A DNA stretch of 63,686 nt from Candidatus Heimdallarchaeota archaeon (GCA_030603365.1 JAUVXV010000017.1:1-63686); one strand, 5' to 3'. Positions 1 through 10,493 are shown, counted from the first letter of the stretch. Notes: generated from the letters alone by a model not told the origin. Translations and numbers: made by a program.

Positions 1-100
1 CTAAAGTACCAGTAGGATAATCTGCAGTTGTCGATACAGTACTGGAAATAAGTACAAAGATAGTGAAAACACATACTAAAGTCATATTAATTTTTTTCAT
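1..100 (-). CDS. 5' end of a 7th paralog of the tandem surface-protein family (runs off the window edge)
   Basis: Manual translation MKKINMTLVCVFTIFVLISSTVSTTADYPTGTL: signal peptide plus the family motif ADYPTG; AGGTGA SD upstream. Confidence 0.9.
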   Translation of the reverse strand, partial: MKKINMTLVCVFTIFVLISSTVSTTADYPTGTL

Positions 101-370
101 TTTTTCACCTTTTTAGAAAAAACCTCCAAAGATTTTTCTACTCTCTAGTATTATGCTTGAGATAAAAACTTTATGCAAAATAGACGATTTCATCACAATA
201 TTGTAGGTTCATCAAGTGGTTTTGTTCGTTTACCTACCAAAAAGTAAACCATTGCATCTCCTGTAATTGTTTAATAAAAACATTTCTGGAATAATTCAGA
301 AGAGCTCTAAGTGATAAGAAAAAAAGAAAGACAAAAGTATAGTTTAACATTTATGAAATGTTAGCTAATA

Positions 371-1216
371 TTATTTTCTCTTTCGTTTAACAATCACTAA
401 TGCTATAGCCATTGCTGATAATCCTAATAAACTGAAACTCCAAGTATATGGTACAATAGTTCTGCCATCACCTGCATATGGACTATCAATTATAAAATGA
501 ATTTTACCAGAATAAGAGGTTGCCATATCATAATCAATAAGAACTTCCATTCTTCCTAGTAAACCAGTTCTAATATTTGTAGTAGTTTCTATCCTCATTT
601 CCATACTCATTGATTCTTCATAGCCGTTTCCTTCTATGGAAATATAGGCATAATCATACATAAGAATTGAGAAAACATCCTCTTGTAGTTTGAACTCAAC
701 TATTTCAGAATAGCCATATTCATATGTATACCCACCATATGTTGTAGTAATACTATCGCCATTATTATAGTTATCATCCACCAGTTCTTCTATGAGTTGT
801 TCATAGATATTGTAAGTTCCTGTAGTGTTTGTGTAAGTAACTGGGTTGATAAAGAAACCTCCAAAGGCGTAATACAGCCCATAACCTAGCAAGAAGCCCA
901 TAGAGCTGTCTGATGTTTTAACATTATTCACATATATATCATACCAAACACCAGAAGCATTATCAGGATCTTCCAATACAACTACTTTGATTTTACTGTC
1001 TTGACTTAATTCTTTATCTCCAATATAGAAATCATCAGTATAGGTAGCAAAATCACCTGAAAGGTCCAACTTAGTAACAGTCCATTCAAACTTTTCCCCA
1101 ACTGCAATTTCATCAGCATATCCTAAAGTACCTGTAGGATAATCAGCTGTTGAGGTAATGGGTAAAAACGCTAAGCACGCTAGCAAAACCATTGAAATTA
1201 TTATTTTTCTATTCAT
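371..1216 (-). CDS. Secreted surface protein with C-terminal TM anchor (ADYPTG family, CTERM-type sorting signal)
   Basis: Signal peptide, ADYPTGTLGY, FFINPVTYTNTTGTY, C-terminal PYTWS-TM-KRKRK. Confidence 0.85.
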   Translation of the reverse strand: MNRKIIISMVLLACLAFLPITSTADYPTGTLGYADEIAVGEKFEWTVTKLDLSGDFATYTDDFYIGDKELSQDSKIKVVVLEDPDNASGVWYDIYVNNVKTSDSSMGFLLGYGLYYAFGGFFINPVTYTNTTGTYNIYEQLIEELVDDNYNNGDSITTTYGGYTYEYGYSEIVEFKLQEDVFSILMYDYAYISIEGNGYEESMSMEMRIETTTNIRTGLLGRMEVLIDYDMATSYSGKIHFIIDSPYAGDGRTIVPYTWSFSLLGLSAMAIALVIVKRKRK

Positions 1217-1337
1217 AAGTTCACCTATTAATTAGTCACAAATAGTCAACTAATATTCTATTAAGAATATTTCATAAAAACCTTTCCTTGAATTTTCTGA
1301 AACAATTTGTTAGAAAAAAAATAGAATAAAAGAGAAG

Positions 1338-2156
1338 TTAGTTTCTCTTTCGTTTTACTAAAGCTACAACTGCTGCGATAACACTTAGACCTAGGAAACT
1401 GTAAGCCCAGCTGTAAGGGGCAATGTTTGCGTAACCACTGTCTATTAATATATGAAATGTACCAGATGCATACTCATTTTCAGCTTCCATTTTCATTTCA
1501 ATTTTACCCAATAAACCTGTTACTGTGTTTACTGATGTTATATATTCACTGGTTCCTTCAGTACTTATTTCAGTACCTCCACCTGACATAGTCATAGTTA
1601 TGCTTTGAGAAATGGATAATGAGAACACATCACCTTGAAGTTTGTATTCGATAGTTTGGTCAATATCACCTTGAATTGTTATTCCATATATTTCGTAAGA
1701 AACACTTGTAGTATAGTGGTCGTTCAGTTCCACTAGTTCTTCAAAGATCTGGTCATAAAGCTGATAAGTTCCAGTAGTATTAATATAGGTAACGGGATTG
1801 ATAAAGAAATTTCCAAAACCATAGTAAAAACCTATAAAGAAAGATTCGGGACCTATTACTTTGACACCATCAACAAAGACATCAAACCAAACACCTGTTG
1901 CGTTATCAGGGTCTTCAAGAATAACAAATTTTATCTTATCACCTTGAGTCAAATCGCTGTCACCGATATAGAAAAAATCAGCAAGGTATGTAAAATCACC
2001 AGTTGCAGCTAATTTTGATACTGTCCATTCAAACTCAGCATCAACTGCTATTTGATCTGAATAACCTAGTTCTCCTGTTGGGTAATCAGCTGTTGTAATC
2101 GGCATGAAAGCTAAACATGCTAGTAAGACAAAAGCACTAATTATTTTTTTATTCAT
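1338..2156 (-). CDS. ADYPTG-family anchored surface protein
   Basis: Paralog; start moved to MNKK at 2156 (SD AGGTGA, alignment with the other copies). Confidence 0.85.
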   Translation of the reverse strand: MNKKIISAFVLLACLAFMPITTADYPTGELGYSDQIAVDAEFEWTVSKLAATGDFTYLADFFYIGDSDLTQGDKIKFVILEDPDNATGVWFDVFVDGVKVIGPESFFIGFYYGFGNFFINPVTYINTTGTYQLYDQIFEELVELNDHYTTSVSYEIYGITIQGDIDQTIEYKLQGDVFSLSISQSITMTMSGGGTEISTEGTSEYITSVNTVTGLLGKIEMKMEAENEYASGTFHILIDSGYANIAPYSWAYSFLGLSVIAAVVALVKRKRN

Positions 2157-2303
2157 AATTTCACCTTTTTGGTTCAAACTCATCTAATTAAGTTGACCAA
2201 CATATATAAAGTAAGACAATAATAAAAATGTTTTCCAAGAATTAATGAAATAATAAAACATTTCTTTGATTTGTTGTGAAATAGAAAAAGATGAGAAAAA
2301 GAA

Positions 2304-3128
2304 TTATCTTCTTTTTCGTTTTGCTAAAGCTACAACTGCTGCGATAACACTTAGACCTAGGAAACTGTAAGCCCAGCTGTAAGGGGCAATGTTTGCGTAA
2401 CCACTGTCTATTAGTATATGAAATGATCCTGTAATATAGTCTGATTCAATTTCCATTGTCAATTCACTTTTACCCAATAAACCTGTTTTTGTGTTTATTG
2501 TTTGTTCAAATTCCATGGATCCTGCCGAAGTCAGTTCTGTAGCTCCATCTGACATAGTCATATCTACACTCATATACTGATAAATTACAAAAACATCACC
2601 TTTCAGTGAATATTTGAGTTCTGTATTCATAGAACCTACAATTGTAATTCCATACATTTCGTAAGAAATGCTTGTACTATATTCATCGTTTAGTTCCACT
2701 AGTTCTTCAAAGATCTGGTCATAAATCTGATAAGTTCCTGTTGTATTAGTATAGGTAACTGGATTGATAAAGTATCCTCCAAAAGCATAATAACCGTAAC
2801 CTATCCAGAAATTTTCAGGGTTTATTACTTTGACATCATCAACAAAGACATCAAACCAAACACCAGTTGCGTTATCAGGGTCTTCAAGAATAACAAATCT
2901 TATCTTAGCACCTTGAGTTAAATCGCTGTCACCGATATAGAAATAATCAGTATATGTAGCAAAATCACCAGTGGTTACCAATTTTGACACGGTCCATTCA
3001 AATTCTGAATCAACAGCGATTTCGTCAGAATAACCTAGTTCTCCAGTTGGGTAATCAGCTGTTGAGGTAATTGGCATGAAAGCCAAACATGTTAGCAAAA
3101 TTATTGCTGAAATTATTTTTTTATTCAT
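2304..3128 (-). CDS. ADYPTG-family anchored surface protein
   Basis: Paralog; APYSWAYSFLG-TM-KRKRR tail. Confidence 0.85.
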   Translation of the reverse strand: MNKKIISAIILLTCLAFMPITSTADYPTGELGYSDEIAVDSEFEWTVSKLVTTGDFATYTDYFYIGDSDLTQGAKIRFVILEDPDNATGVWFDVFVDDVKVINPENFWIGYGYYAFGGYFINPVTYTNTTGTYQIYDQIFEELVELNDEYSTSISYEMYGITIVGSMNTELKYSLKGDVFVIYQYMSVDMTMSDGATELTSAGSMEFEQTINTKTGLLGKSELTMEIESDYITGSFHILIDSGYANIAPYSWAYSFLGLSVIAAVVALAKRKRR

Positions 3129-3144
3129 AAGTTCACCTTTCTTA

Positions 3145-3164
3145 AGTTTACTTTTGAGTAAACT
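3145..3164 (-). promoter_or_regulatory. 5'-leader inverted repeat AGTTTACT-N4-AGTAAACT (equivalents at 114-140, 4106-4127, 5056-5077, 6032-6053)
   Basis: Inverted repeat between the TATA-like box and the SD of array genes. Confidence 0.6.
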
Positions 3165-3258
3165 AATGTTTACTTAGCACTGTTTTATTAAAAATCTTTC
3201 CTTGAGTTTATAAAGGATATAAAATAGTAAAAAAAGCAGGAAAAAGGGGTAAAGAGAA

Positions 3259-4086
3259 TTAGTTCCTCTTTCTTTTAGCTAAAGCTACTACTGCAGCTAT
3301 TACAGTTATACCTAAGAAACTGTAAGCCCATTCATAGGGAGTCTTGGCATAGTCACTATCTATTAACAGATGTGCTTTACCAACACCGTAGGACATATCA
3401 ATATCAGCCAATATTTCAACTTTACCTACTAGACCAGTTCTAATATTGATTGTCGTTTCTGTCATCATCTCTCTATACCCTGATTCATCATGACCATTTC
3501 CTTTTATGGAATAAGAATCATAACTGTACATATAAATTGAGAAAACATCCCCTTGTAGTTTGAATTCAAGCTTTTCTGAGTAGGTAGATTCATAGGTTAA
3601 ACCACCATATACTTCAGAATGGCTATCGCCATAATCATAGTTTTCATCTTCAAGTTCTTCATAGAGTTGTTCATAGATATTGTAGGTTCCTGTAGCATTG
3701 GTGTAAGTTACTGGGGTGATGAAGAAACCACCATATGTGTAAAACATACCATAATACATCAGATAACCAAGATAGGGATCAGTAATTTTGATATCATTCA
3801 GATAAACATCAAACCAGGTATCATTAGCTTCATCGGGATCTTCAAGGATTTTAACTTTGATTTTATCACCTTGGCTTAATGTGGCATTTCCAATATAGAT
3901 ATATTCAGTAAAGTCTTCCATGTCACCTGTATTTTCAAATATTTTGACTGTCCATTCAAACTCATCATCAGTATTAATCTCATCAGAATATCCTAGTTCC
4001 CCAGTAGGGTAATCAGCTGTTGATGTAATCGGTATAAATGCTAAACAAGTTAGCAACATTACTGCTGTAATAATTTTTTTATTCAT
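3259..4086 (-). CDS. ADYPTG-family anchored surface protein
   Basis: Paralog; start at MNKK; TPYEWAYSFLG-TM-KRKRN tail. Confidence 0.85.
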   Translation of the reverse strand: MNKKIITAVMLLTCLAFIPITSTADYPTGELGYSDEINTDDEFEWTVKIFENTGDMEDFTEYIYIGNATLSQGDKIKVKILEDPDEANDTWFDVYLNDIKITDPYLGYLMYYGMFYTYGGFFITPVTYTNATGTYNIYEQLYEELEDENYDYGDSHSEVYGGLTYESTYSEKLEFKLQGDVFSIYMYSYDSYSIKGNGHDESGYREMMTETTINIRTGLVGKVEILADIDMSYGVGKAHLLIDSDYAKTPYEWAYSFLGITVIAAVVALAKRKRN

Positions 4087-4222
4087 AGATTCACCATTCA
4101 TTTTAAGCTTACTTAATTTAGTAAACTAACCTAATGTAAGTAGGATTGAAATAAAAACATTTCGAGCAATTTTGAATCATATAAAAATACAAATAAAAAA
4201 ATAAAAAAAATATAAAGAGAAG

Positions 4223-5038
4223 TTATTTTTTCTTTCTTTTTGCTAAAGCTATAACTGCAGCTATAACTGTTATACCTAGAAAACTAAAAGCCCAATTGAA
4301 AGGTATTCCTGTATATTTGCTAGTTAATTGGAAATCTAGAGTTCCAACAGCTTCACTTCCATACATCGTCATATCGATTTCAATATACGTTTTACTGTGA
4401 CCTAAGAGACCATTTTCAGTATTTACAGACATTTCTAGTTCAGCTTTCACAGACATATAATTTGTGTTATCACCAAAGAACACTTCTAAGTAAAAACTTG
4501 ATGTAAATGTAGAACCAGTTAAGGTATATTGATTTCGAACTATGTATCTGTAAGTATATCCGTTAGAAGTCTCATCTTTGGAATAATCTTCCGCATCCGC
4601 AACAAATTCTTCAAAGATTTGTTCATAAAGGTTGTAAGTTCCAGTTGTATTAGTATAAGTAACAGGACTAATAAAGAAGTCACTATATCCATAGCCTTGA
4701 GCATAACCTAACCATATATTATTAGGATTGGTAACTTTTGCTCCATCAACATAAATATCGTACCAAATACCTATGGCATCATCAGGATCTTCAAGGACAA
4801 CTAATCTAATCTTATTCCCTTGTTCTAAGATAGTATCCCCAATATAGAAATCATCATCGTAGTATTTAGTAATATCACCAGTTAATTGAAGAGTTTTCAC
4901 AGTCCATTCAAATTCAGAATCTACAGCAATTTCATCTGAATATCCAAGATTACCAGTTGGAAAATCAGCAGAGGTTGTAATCGGACTTAAAGCGAAACAT
5001 GTAAACACTATTAGTGCAGTAAATATTTTTTTATTCAT
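4223..5038 (-). CDS. ADYPTG-family anchored surface protein
   Basis: Paralog; start at MNKK with SD AGGTGA; IPFNWAFSFLG-TM-KRKKK tail. Confidence 0.85.
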   Translation of the reverse strand: MNKKIFTALIVFTCFALSPITTSADFPTGNLGYSDEIAVDSEFEWTVKTLQLTGDITKYYDDDFYIGDTILEQGNKIRLVVLEDPDDAIGIWYDIYVDGAKVTNPNNIWLGYAQGYGYSDFFISPVTYTNTTGTYNLYEQIFEEFVADAEDYSKDETSNGYTYRYIVRNQYTLTGSTFTSSFYLEVFFGDNTNYMSVKAELEMSVNTENGLLGHSKTYIEIDMTMYGSEAVGTLDFQLTSKYTGIPFNWAFSFLGITVIAAVIALAKRKKK

Positions 5039-5174
5039 AGATTCACCTAATTTTCGTTTACTTTTCAAAAAGTAAACTATCATTATAGAGAACATTATAA
5101 AATTTAAGTGTTTCGAGAACAATTTGCTAATGAAAATACAGTTAAAAAACTAAAGAAAAATAAGGAAAAGAGAA

Positions 5175-6014
5175 TTAATTTCTCTTTCTTTTAGCTAAAG
5201 CTACTACTGCTGCTATTACAGTTATACCTAAGAAGCTGTAAGCCCAGTTATAAGGAGCATTACCATAAGGACTATCGATTTTAATGTGTACTGAACCTGA
5301 CATATAATCAGTAGTTGCTTCAACACTCAGTTCTAAATAACCGAATAAACCAGTTTGTGTATTGATTGTAGCTTCACCTATAACTTCTATTTCACTAGTC
5401 AATTCAGTGTAACCACCTGTTATGGTTGCATATTGGTACATATAGACTGATAAAACCATGACTGATCCTTTTTCTTCAATAGTTATTTTTTGCGAATAAG
5501 TTCCTGAAAAGGTGTAACCATTATATACTGTTGAATAACTATCACCATCATCATAGAAGTATGGCTCAATTTCTTCTAGCATCTGTTCATAAATGTTGTA
5601 AGTTCCAGTAGCATTAGTATATGTTGTTGGTAAGATTAAAAAGGGTGTAAAACCATAATAACTAAAGGAAGTGTATAGATAACCTGCTTCTGGTACAAGA
5701 ACATCGTTAATATATAGTTCATACCAAACATCAGTTGCTGTATCAGGATCTGCCAGAATAACAACCTTGTAGATGTCACCTGCTTTTGGGAGCATATCAC
5801 CATATCCATAATAAGATATGTAGGATTCATAATAGTCTTTCATGTCTGCAAAGTCACCTGTAAATTCATATTTACTCAATGTCCACTTGTATTCATTACC
5901 TGGCTGAATTTCGTCGGAGTAACCTAGTTCTCCTGTTGGATAGTCAGCTGAGGTAAATGGGACAAATGCTAGACATGCTAGCAAAACAATTGCTGTAATA
6001 ATTTTTTTATTCAT
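5175..6014 (-). CDS. ADYPTG-family anchored surface protein
   Basis: Paralog; start at MNKK with SD AGGTGA; APYNWAYSFLG-TM-KRKRN tail. Confidence 0.85.
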   Translation of the reverse strand: MNKKIITAIVLLACLAFVPFTSADYPTGELGYSDEIQPGNEYKWTLSKYEFTGDFADMKDYYESYISYYGYGDMLPKAGDIYKVVILADPDTATDVWYELYINDVLVPEAGYLYTSFSYYGFTPFLILPTTYTNATGTYNIYEQMLEEIEPYFYDDGDSYSTVYNGYTFSGTYSQKITIEEKGSVMVLSVYMYQYATITGGYTELTSEIEVIGEATINTQTGLFGYLELSVEATTDYMSGSVHIKIDSPYGNAPYNWAYSFLGITVIAAVVALAKRKRN

Positions 6015-6230
6015 AGATTCACCTAATTTTCGTTTACCTTCCAAGAAGTAAACTATCATTAAATAGAACAACATCAAATTTAAGTATTTCGAAAACAATT
6101 TTGCAGAATATAAACATGAAATTCAAATCACAATTTCAATATTAAAACCACATATTCTTTTAGATATATTAAAAAGCCTCCATGTTAGTTATTTAAACAC
6201 CTAAGAAATGAAAAGAGGGTATGACAAGAT

Positions 6231-7373
6231 ATGAGTTGGTATATATGGTTACCAGTAGGGCTAGTGGTAGTTTTAGTCCTGTTCTTATTGTTTTATGCAT
6301 CTAGATATAGAAAATTTACTTCTGATACTTACATGATTCATTTTAGAAATGGTAGAGTAATTAAAGCTGGGATTGGTGGAAAAGCTGTTGTGATTCCTCT
6401 GATTGATGAGGTAAGGGTTGTACCTGTAACCACCCAATCTACTTTTCTAGAAGCAAAAGAGAAGGTTTTATCAAGAGAATTCCAGGAGATTAGTGTTACT
6501 GCGTTTGTTTTCTGGCGAGTAATAGATCCAGAAGTAGCATTTTCTAGAACTTCTTGGAATAAGTCTGATGATGCCTATATTGAGAATATCATAAGAAACG
6601 CTGCAGAGAGTATAATACGTACAACTTGTGCAAACATGGCTTTAGAGAAAATCATTAGAGATAGACAGGCTATCATAGAAGCAGTTACTAAAGAGTTACA
6701 TGCTCTAACTAAGGATTGGGGAATGCTTGTTGAAAGTTGTGAGATTCGAGATATAGAAATTATAGATCCTAACTTAAAGGCTAATGTTAGCGCTATTATG
6801 AAAATAGAACAGGAAAAGCTTGCTCGTTTGAAAAGTGCTGAAATGGAAGAGATAACAAAACTTCGTGATCTCGAAGTCAGCAGGAAAGTAGGTATTGAAC
6901 AACAAGAAGTAGGATTGGAAGTAGATTCCAAAGAGAAAGATAAAGAGATTGCAGTACAAGAACTGGAAAGGAAACGTACTGAAGTTGAAGCTCAAACCTT
7001 TCAAACTAAGATAGAAATTGAAGCCAGTGCAGAAGCTTCCAAAATTAAACAATTAGCTGTAGCTAAACAGTTCGAAATGGAATCCAGAGCACGTGGTGAT
7101 GCAGCTGCTATTATTGAAGCTAAAACAGCTGAAGCTGAAGGTATTTTAAAACGTATTGAAGCTCTTGCCAAAGCTGATGAAAGGTTATTCCAAGAAATGA
7201 TAATTGAAAAATTGCCAGAAATATATCAGAATCTAGAAATTGATAAAATGATTATTACTGGTAGTAAGGAAGATGCGTTTTCTTCAATAGCTAATGCTAT
7301 AGTTCCATTTTTACAGATTGTTCCAGAACTTACTAAGAAAACTAATTTAGGAAAGGAAGTGAAGAAAAAATAG
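6231..7373 (+). CDS. SPFH/band-7 (flotillin-like) membrane protein
   Basis: N-terminal TM, SPFH core (V-x-P-x-I-D, AESIIR, EIRDI), Ala/Glu-rich coiled-coil tail. Confidence 0.85.
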   Translation: MSWYIWLPVGLVVVLVLFLLFYASRYRKFTSDTYMIHFRNGRVIKAGIGGKAVVIPLIDEVRVVPVTTQSTFLEAKEKVLSREFQEISVTAFVFWRVIDPEVAFSRTSWNKSDDAYIENIIRNAAESIIRTTCANMALEKIIRDRQAIIEAVTKELHALTKDWGMLVESCEIRDIEIIDPNLKANVSAIMKIEQEKLARLKSAEMEEITKLRDLEVSRKVGIEQQEVGLEVDSKEKDKEIAVQELERKRTEVEAQTFQTKIEIEASAEASKIKQLAVAKQFEMESRARGDAAAIIEAKTAEAEGILKRIEALAKADERLFQEMIIEKLPEIYQNLEIDKMIITGSKEDAFSSIANAIVPFLQIVPELTKKTNLGKEVKKK

Positions 7374-7384
7374 AATTCTTCCTT

Positions 7385-8398
7385 CTAAATTTTTTGCATT
7401 AGAATAAACCCATTTGCTAAGCCGATATATTTCTCTCTCGAAATACTGTAATGTTTCAGTTTTGCCATATGTGATTCTTTTTCCAATTCTAAGAAAAACG
7501 GATCATAGATACTTAATACCCAATCCATCGATAAATCAAATTGAGGTATCATACTAAACGCTAAGTATCCTTCAGCATTGAGAACTGATTGAAGCGTATT
7601 GATATATTGTTTCTCATCATTCTTGAAGATGAATTTAGAACCAAGATAAAGATCTATTGAATCTTTAAGAACATCAAGTTGCATTTCATCTCTTTCTACA
7701 AAATCAACATTGTAAATTTCATAAATATCTTGTAAAACCTGACATCTGTAAAGTGAGTTAGAAGGTTCAAAACTCAATACATTTACGTTTTCTCCAAAAA
7801 AATCAGCAAAGTGTAGTGCTTTATAACCTGACCCAACACCCCAATTCAGAACAGATATTTTTTCCTTCACATCAAATAGAGGCATTCTAAGTTTCAAGCT
7901 TTTGAAATATAAATCTCTAATCAAAAACATCATTTCTGTTCCTGAAATTAAATCAATTGCTTGGATATATTCAGCTTCAGAAAGCTTGCCTTGTTCACCC
8001 TTCAGAATGGATTTGTATTTTCGTATAGATTTATCCAAAAATGAACTTAATGGAGCTAAAATTCGGTTATTCGTAGATTTGAAATCTTCTTGAAATGTTA
8101 ATTCCAAATATTCTCTTCTTGGGCTATCGCCATAAAATTCTCCTTGTTTAAGAAGTAATTCTTGATTTGCTAAAAGATCAAAAATTTTGTAAAACTCAAC
8201 ATCTAAGGAATTAAAATTTAGCATATGGAAAATTTCTTCTGGAGAGCGAGGACGATTCAGAATCTCATAGACTCCAATATCCTTTAACATTTCAGAAACC
8301 TTGAAAGCTGAGAGTTTAAGAAATTCATCAAGTACCTTCTGAACTTCTTCTTCAGTTGATTCTAGTGGAAGTGAGAATTTGTTCATTTTTTGCACCAC
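7385..8398 (-). CDS. SAM-dependent methyltransferase-like protein with N-terminal winged helix
   Basis: VLNWGVGSG motif I, acidic residue after beta-2 (SFE), O-methyltransferase-like N-terminus. Confidence 0.5.
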   Translation of the reverse strand: MVQKMNKFSLPLESTEEEVQKVLDEFLKLSAFKVSEMLKDIGVYEILNRPRSPEEIFHMLNFNSLDVEFYKIFDLLANQELLLKQGEFYGDSPRREYLELTFQEDFKSTNNRILAPLSSFLDKSIRKYKSILKGEQGKLSEAEYIQAIDLISGTEMMFLIRDLYFKSLKLRMPLFDVKEKISVLNWGVGSGYKALHFADFFGENVNVLSFEPSNSLYRCQVLQDIYEIYNVDFVERDEMQLDVLKDSIDLYLGSKFIFKNDEKQYINTLQSVLNAEGYLAFSMIPQFDLSMDWVLSIYDPFFLELEKESHMAKLKHYSISREKYIGLANGFILMQKI

Positions 8399-8508
8399 GA
8401 TGATATAATATAGCTTACAAATATAGAAATATCTTAACTAATTTAATTCTTGTTGTAGTCCTCAATGAATAATTTGACTAAAATACACATCTAATTTAAA
8501 AAAAAGAA

Positions 8509-9699
8509 TTATTTTTTTCTATAAACGTCCATGAATCCTCTTGATTTCAAGAAAATAACGAATTCAATAATAGAAGAAACTGGTACAGATAAATCTTGAC
8601 TTAATCCGTAAATTGAGTAATTTCCTTTCATTTTTTCTAGATTATCAAGAAATAGCTGATACTTTTGGTCTAGAGTAATCCAACCCGTTTGTTGTATTTC
8701 TTGGGGAAGAACAGATAATTCAGGATAGTCATCCTCTGAATTAATTATCAAATCCATAATCTCTGAAGATATGAATTTCTTAGGCTGTTTTGAGATATTT
8801 TTATCAAGATGGGAAATGGCTTCAAGTGTTGGAATTTCTTTACTTTCTCCAGGAATATTGATATAGGAATTAAAAAGCAGTGTAAACCAATCATCTAAGT
8901 AAGAATAGTTAATCTTGCTTTGAGGTTTTTTTGCACCCACCATAATTGCATCTTTCTTATTATGTCTGTACACCAAGAGCTCTAATCCTTTATAATAAAG
9001 ACTTATTAAATCTCCCCCCTTAAGTTCGGCTTCATTTTTCTGAGTATCAATGAACCTGAAAAGATGAGTAAATTCTATTTTCTTCCCATCAATCATCTTA
9101 GGGAAAAATCTACCATCCATAATTCCTTTGTGATAAGGAATAAATAGGAAACCATAGAAGTTATTGAATTCATTTCCTGATACTTTCGATTGGTCATTAA
9201 TGACTAAACCCTTCATTGTATTTCCGTTTCGAGTAAGAGGGATTTTATGAGCTGCTGCCTTCTCTGCGTCAATCATTTGAGTCAAAGCATCATCAAAAAG
9301 CTCAGGATTTCCTTTTGTTCTTTCTGATAATGAACGAGCGTACTTAGTTAGTTTATCTAGATTAGCTGAAGGAACACATACAAAAAGTAAGATGACAATA
9401 TTCTCTACTTCTTCATGAATTGAAATATATCTACCAATTACTATTCTTTCTTCAAGACTTGTAATAACATCTGCGTTAGTTCGCGCAAAACCTGTATATA
9501 TCTCGGAAAGTGAACTTACATCCTTTAATTTTTCACCGAAAATTGATCTTGATAAGTCTTTTAAGTGGCAAACAGGACCATAAATGATATCAAAAACGAT
9601 CATAGAGATTACTTTGATGCCCAAATCTCTTAAAAATGGAACATGAAAAGGTGAAATTTTTAAATCGTGAATTTTATCCATCTCACTAATATTTATCAC
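8509..9699 (-). CDS. Hypothetical protein; N-terminal longin/uDENN-like domain and C-terminal winged HTH
   Basis: ISMIVFDIIYGPV N-terminal motif; C-terminal SIYGLSQDLSVPVSSIIEFVIFLKSRGFM. Confidence 0.45.
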   Translation of the reverse strand: MINISEMDKIHDLKISPFHVPFLRDLGIKVISMIVFDIIYGPVCHLKDLSRSIFGEKLKDVSSLSEIYTGFARTNADVITSLEERIVIGRYISIHEEVENIVILLFVCVPSANLDKLTKYARSLSERTKGNPELFDDALTQMIDAEKAAAHKIPLTRNGNTMKGLVINDQSKVSGNEFNNFYGFLFIPYHKGIMDGRFFPKMIDGKKIEFTHLFRFIDTQKNEAELKGGDLISLYYKGLELLVYRHNKKDAIMVGAKKPQSKINYSYLDDWFTLLFNSYINIPGESKEIPTLEAISHLDKNISKQPKKFISSEIMDLIINSEDDYPELSVLPQEIQQTGWITLDQKYQLFLDNLEKMKGNYSIYGLSQDLSVPVSSIIEFVIFLKSRGFMDVYRKK

Positions 9700-9842
9700 C
9701 CGAACTCTATAATTTGTATCTTACAAACTAAATCTGCTGTTCTCTTAAAGCTTGATTTAATATTACAAACTTCTGTTTAATAAACTGATTGATAGTTTTA
9801 TCCCCGTTTACAGTAATTTAAACTGAAAATAAATCTTAAGTT

Positions 9843-10493
9843 CTACTTTCTAATAGACGCTCTTTCTTCTTCCAAAACAGGTAACAAATCATTAATTACC
9901 TCAAAAGGGCAATCTTCCAAATATTTCTTAGAAGTTTCCCAAAAACTATCAAATAGGAAGGAGTGGTATCCTATAGTTTCATAAGAGATAGCTTGTATCA
10001 AAACTTCAAGTTTATCTACATAAGATACAAATTTCGATTCAGCACTATCAAAGTTCTGTAGTTCATGAAATGTTTCCTGCCATTGTTTCTTTACTTCCTC
10101 ATTTAAAATCAGTGATAACATCTCAGTACTTGCAGTAGTAAGTAGTTGACTCTTGAATTGTTGGTATCTATCTTGACCGAGTAGTATTTTCACTTGTCTA
10201 TCAAAATCTTGGTATTTACATTCAGGTAAATCGTGCACGATAGCAATCCTCATAACAACTTCTGTGTTAATACTTTTTTCAGGATAAAGTGCATTATGTA
10301 AATCACATAATAGAAGAGATAACATTGTAGTATTGTAGGCATGATCCGCAACACTTTCAACGTCAGATAGAGAGATTCCCACTCTAATCCACCCTTGCCT
10401 GGGTAGCCTTTTGAGTTGAATGGAACTCTCTATAAAACCGTAAATTAACTGGTATAGCTCATCCAATGTATCAGTCTCTGTCAAGTCTGTCAT
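9843..10493 (-). CDS. HD-domain 5'-deoxynucleotidase (YfbR/HDDC2 family)
   Basis: LKRLPRQGW, ESVADH, VHDLPE, DKLE motifs; start probably MTDL at 10493. Confidence 0.85.
   Translation of the reverse strand: MTDLTETDTLDELYQLIYGFIESSIQLKRLPRQGWIRVGISLSDVESVADHAYNTTMLSLLLCDLHNALYPEKSINTEVVMRIAIVHDLPECKYQDFDRQVKILLGQDRYQQFKSQLLTTASTEMLSLILNEEVKKQWQETFHELQNFDSAESKFVSYVDKLEVLIQAISYETIGYHSFLFDSFWETSKKYLEDCPFEVINDLLPVLEEERASIRK

Noticed and set aside
5039-6098. N-terminal extensions in the ORF track for array genes (also 47500-47589, 56184-56207)
   Set aside because: Extensions run through the promoter and hairpin motifs; the SD and paralog alignment place the starts downstream
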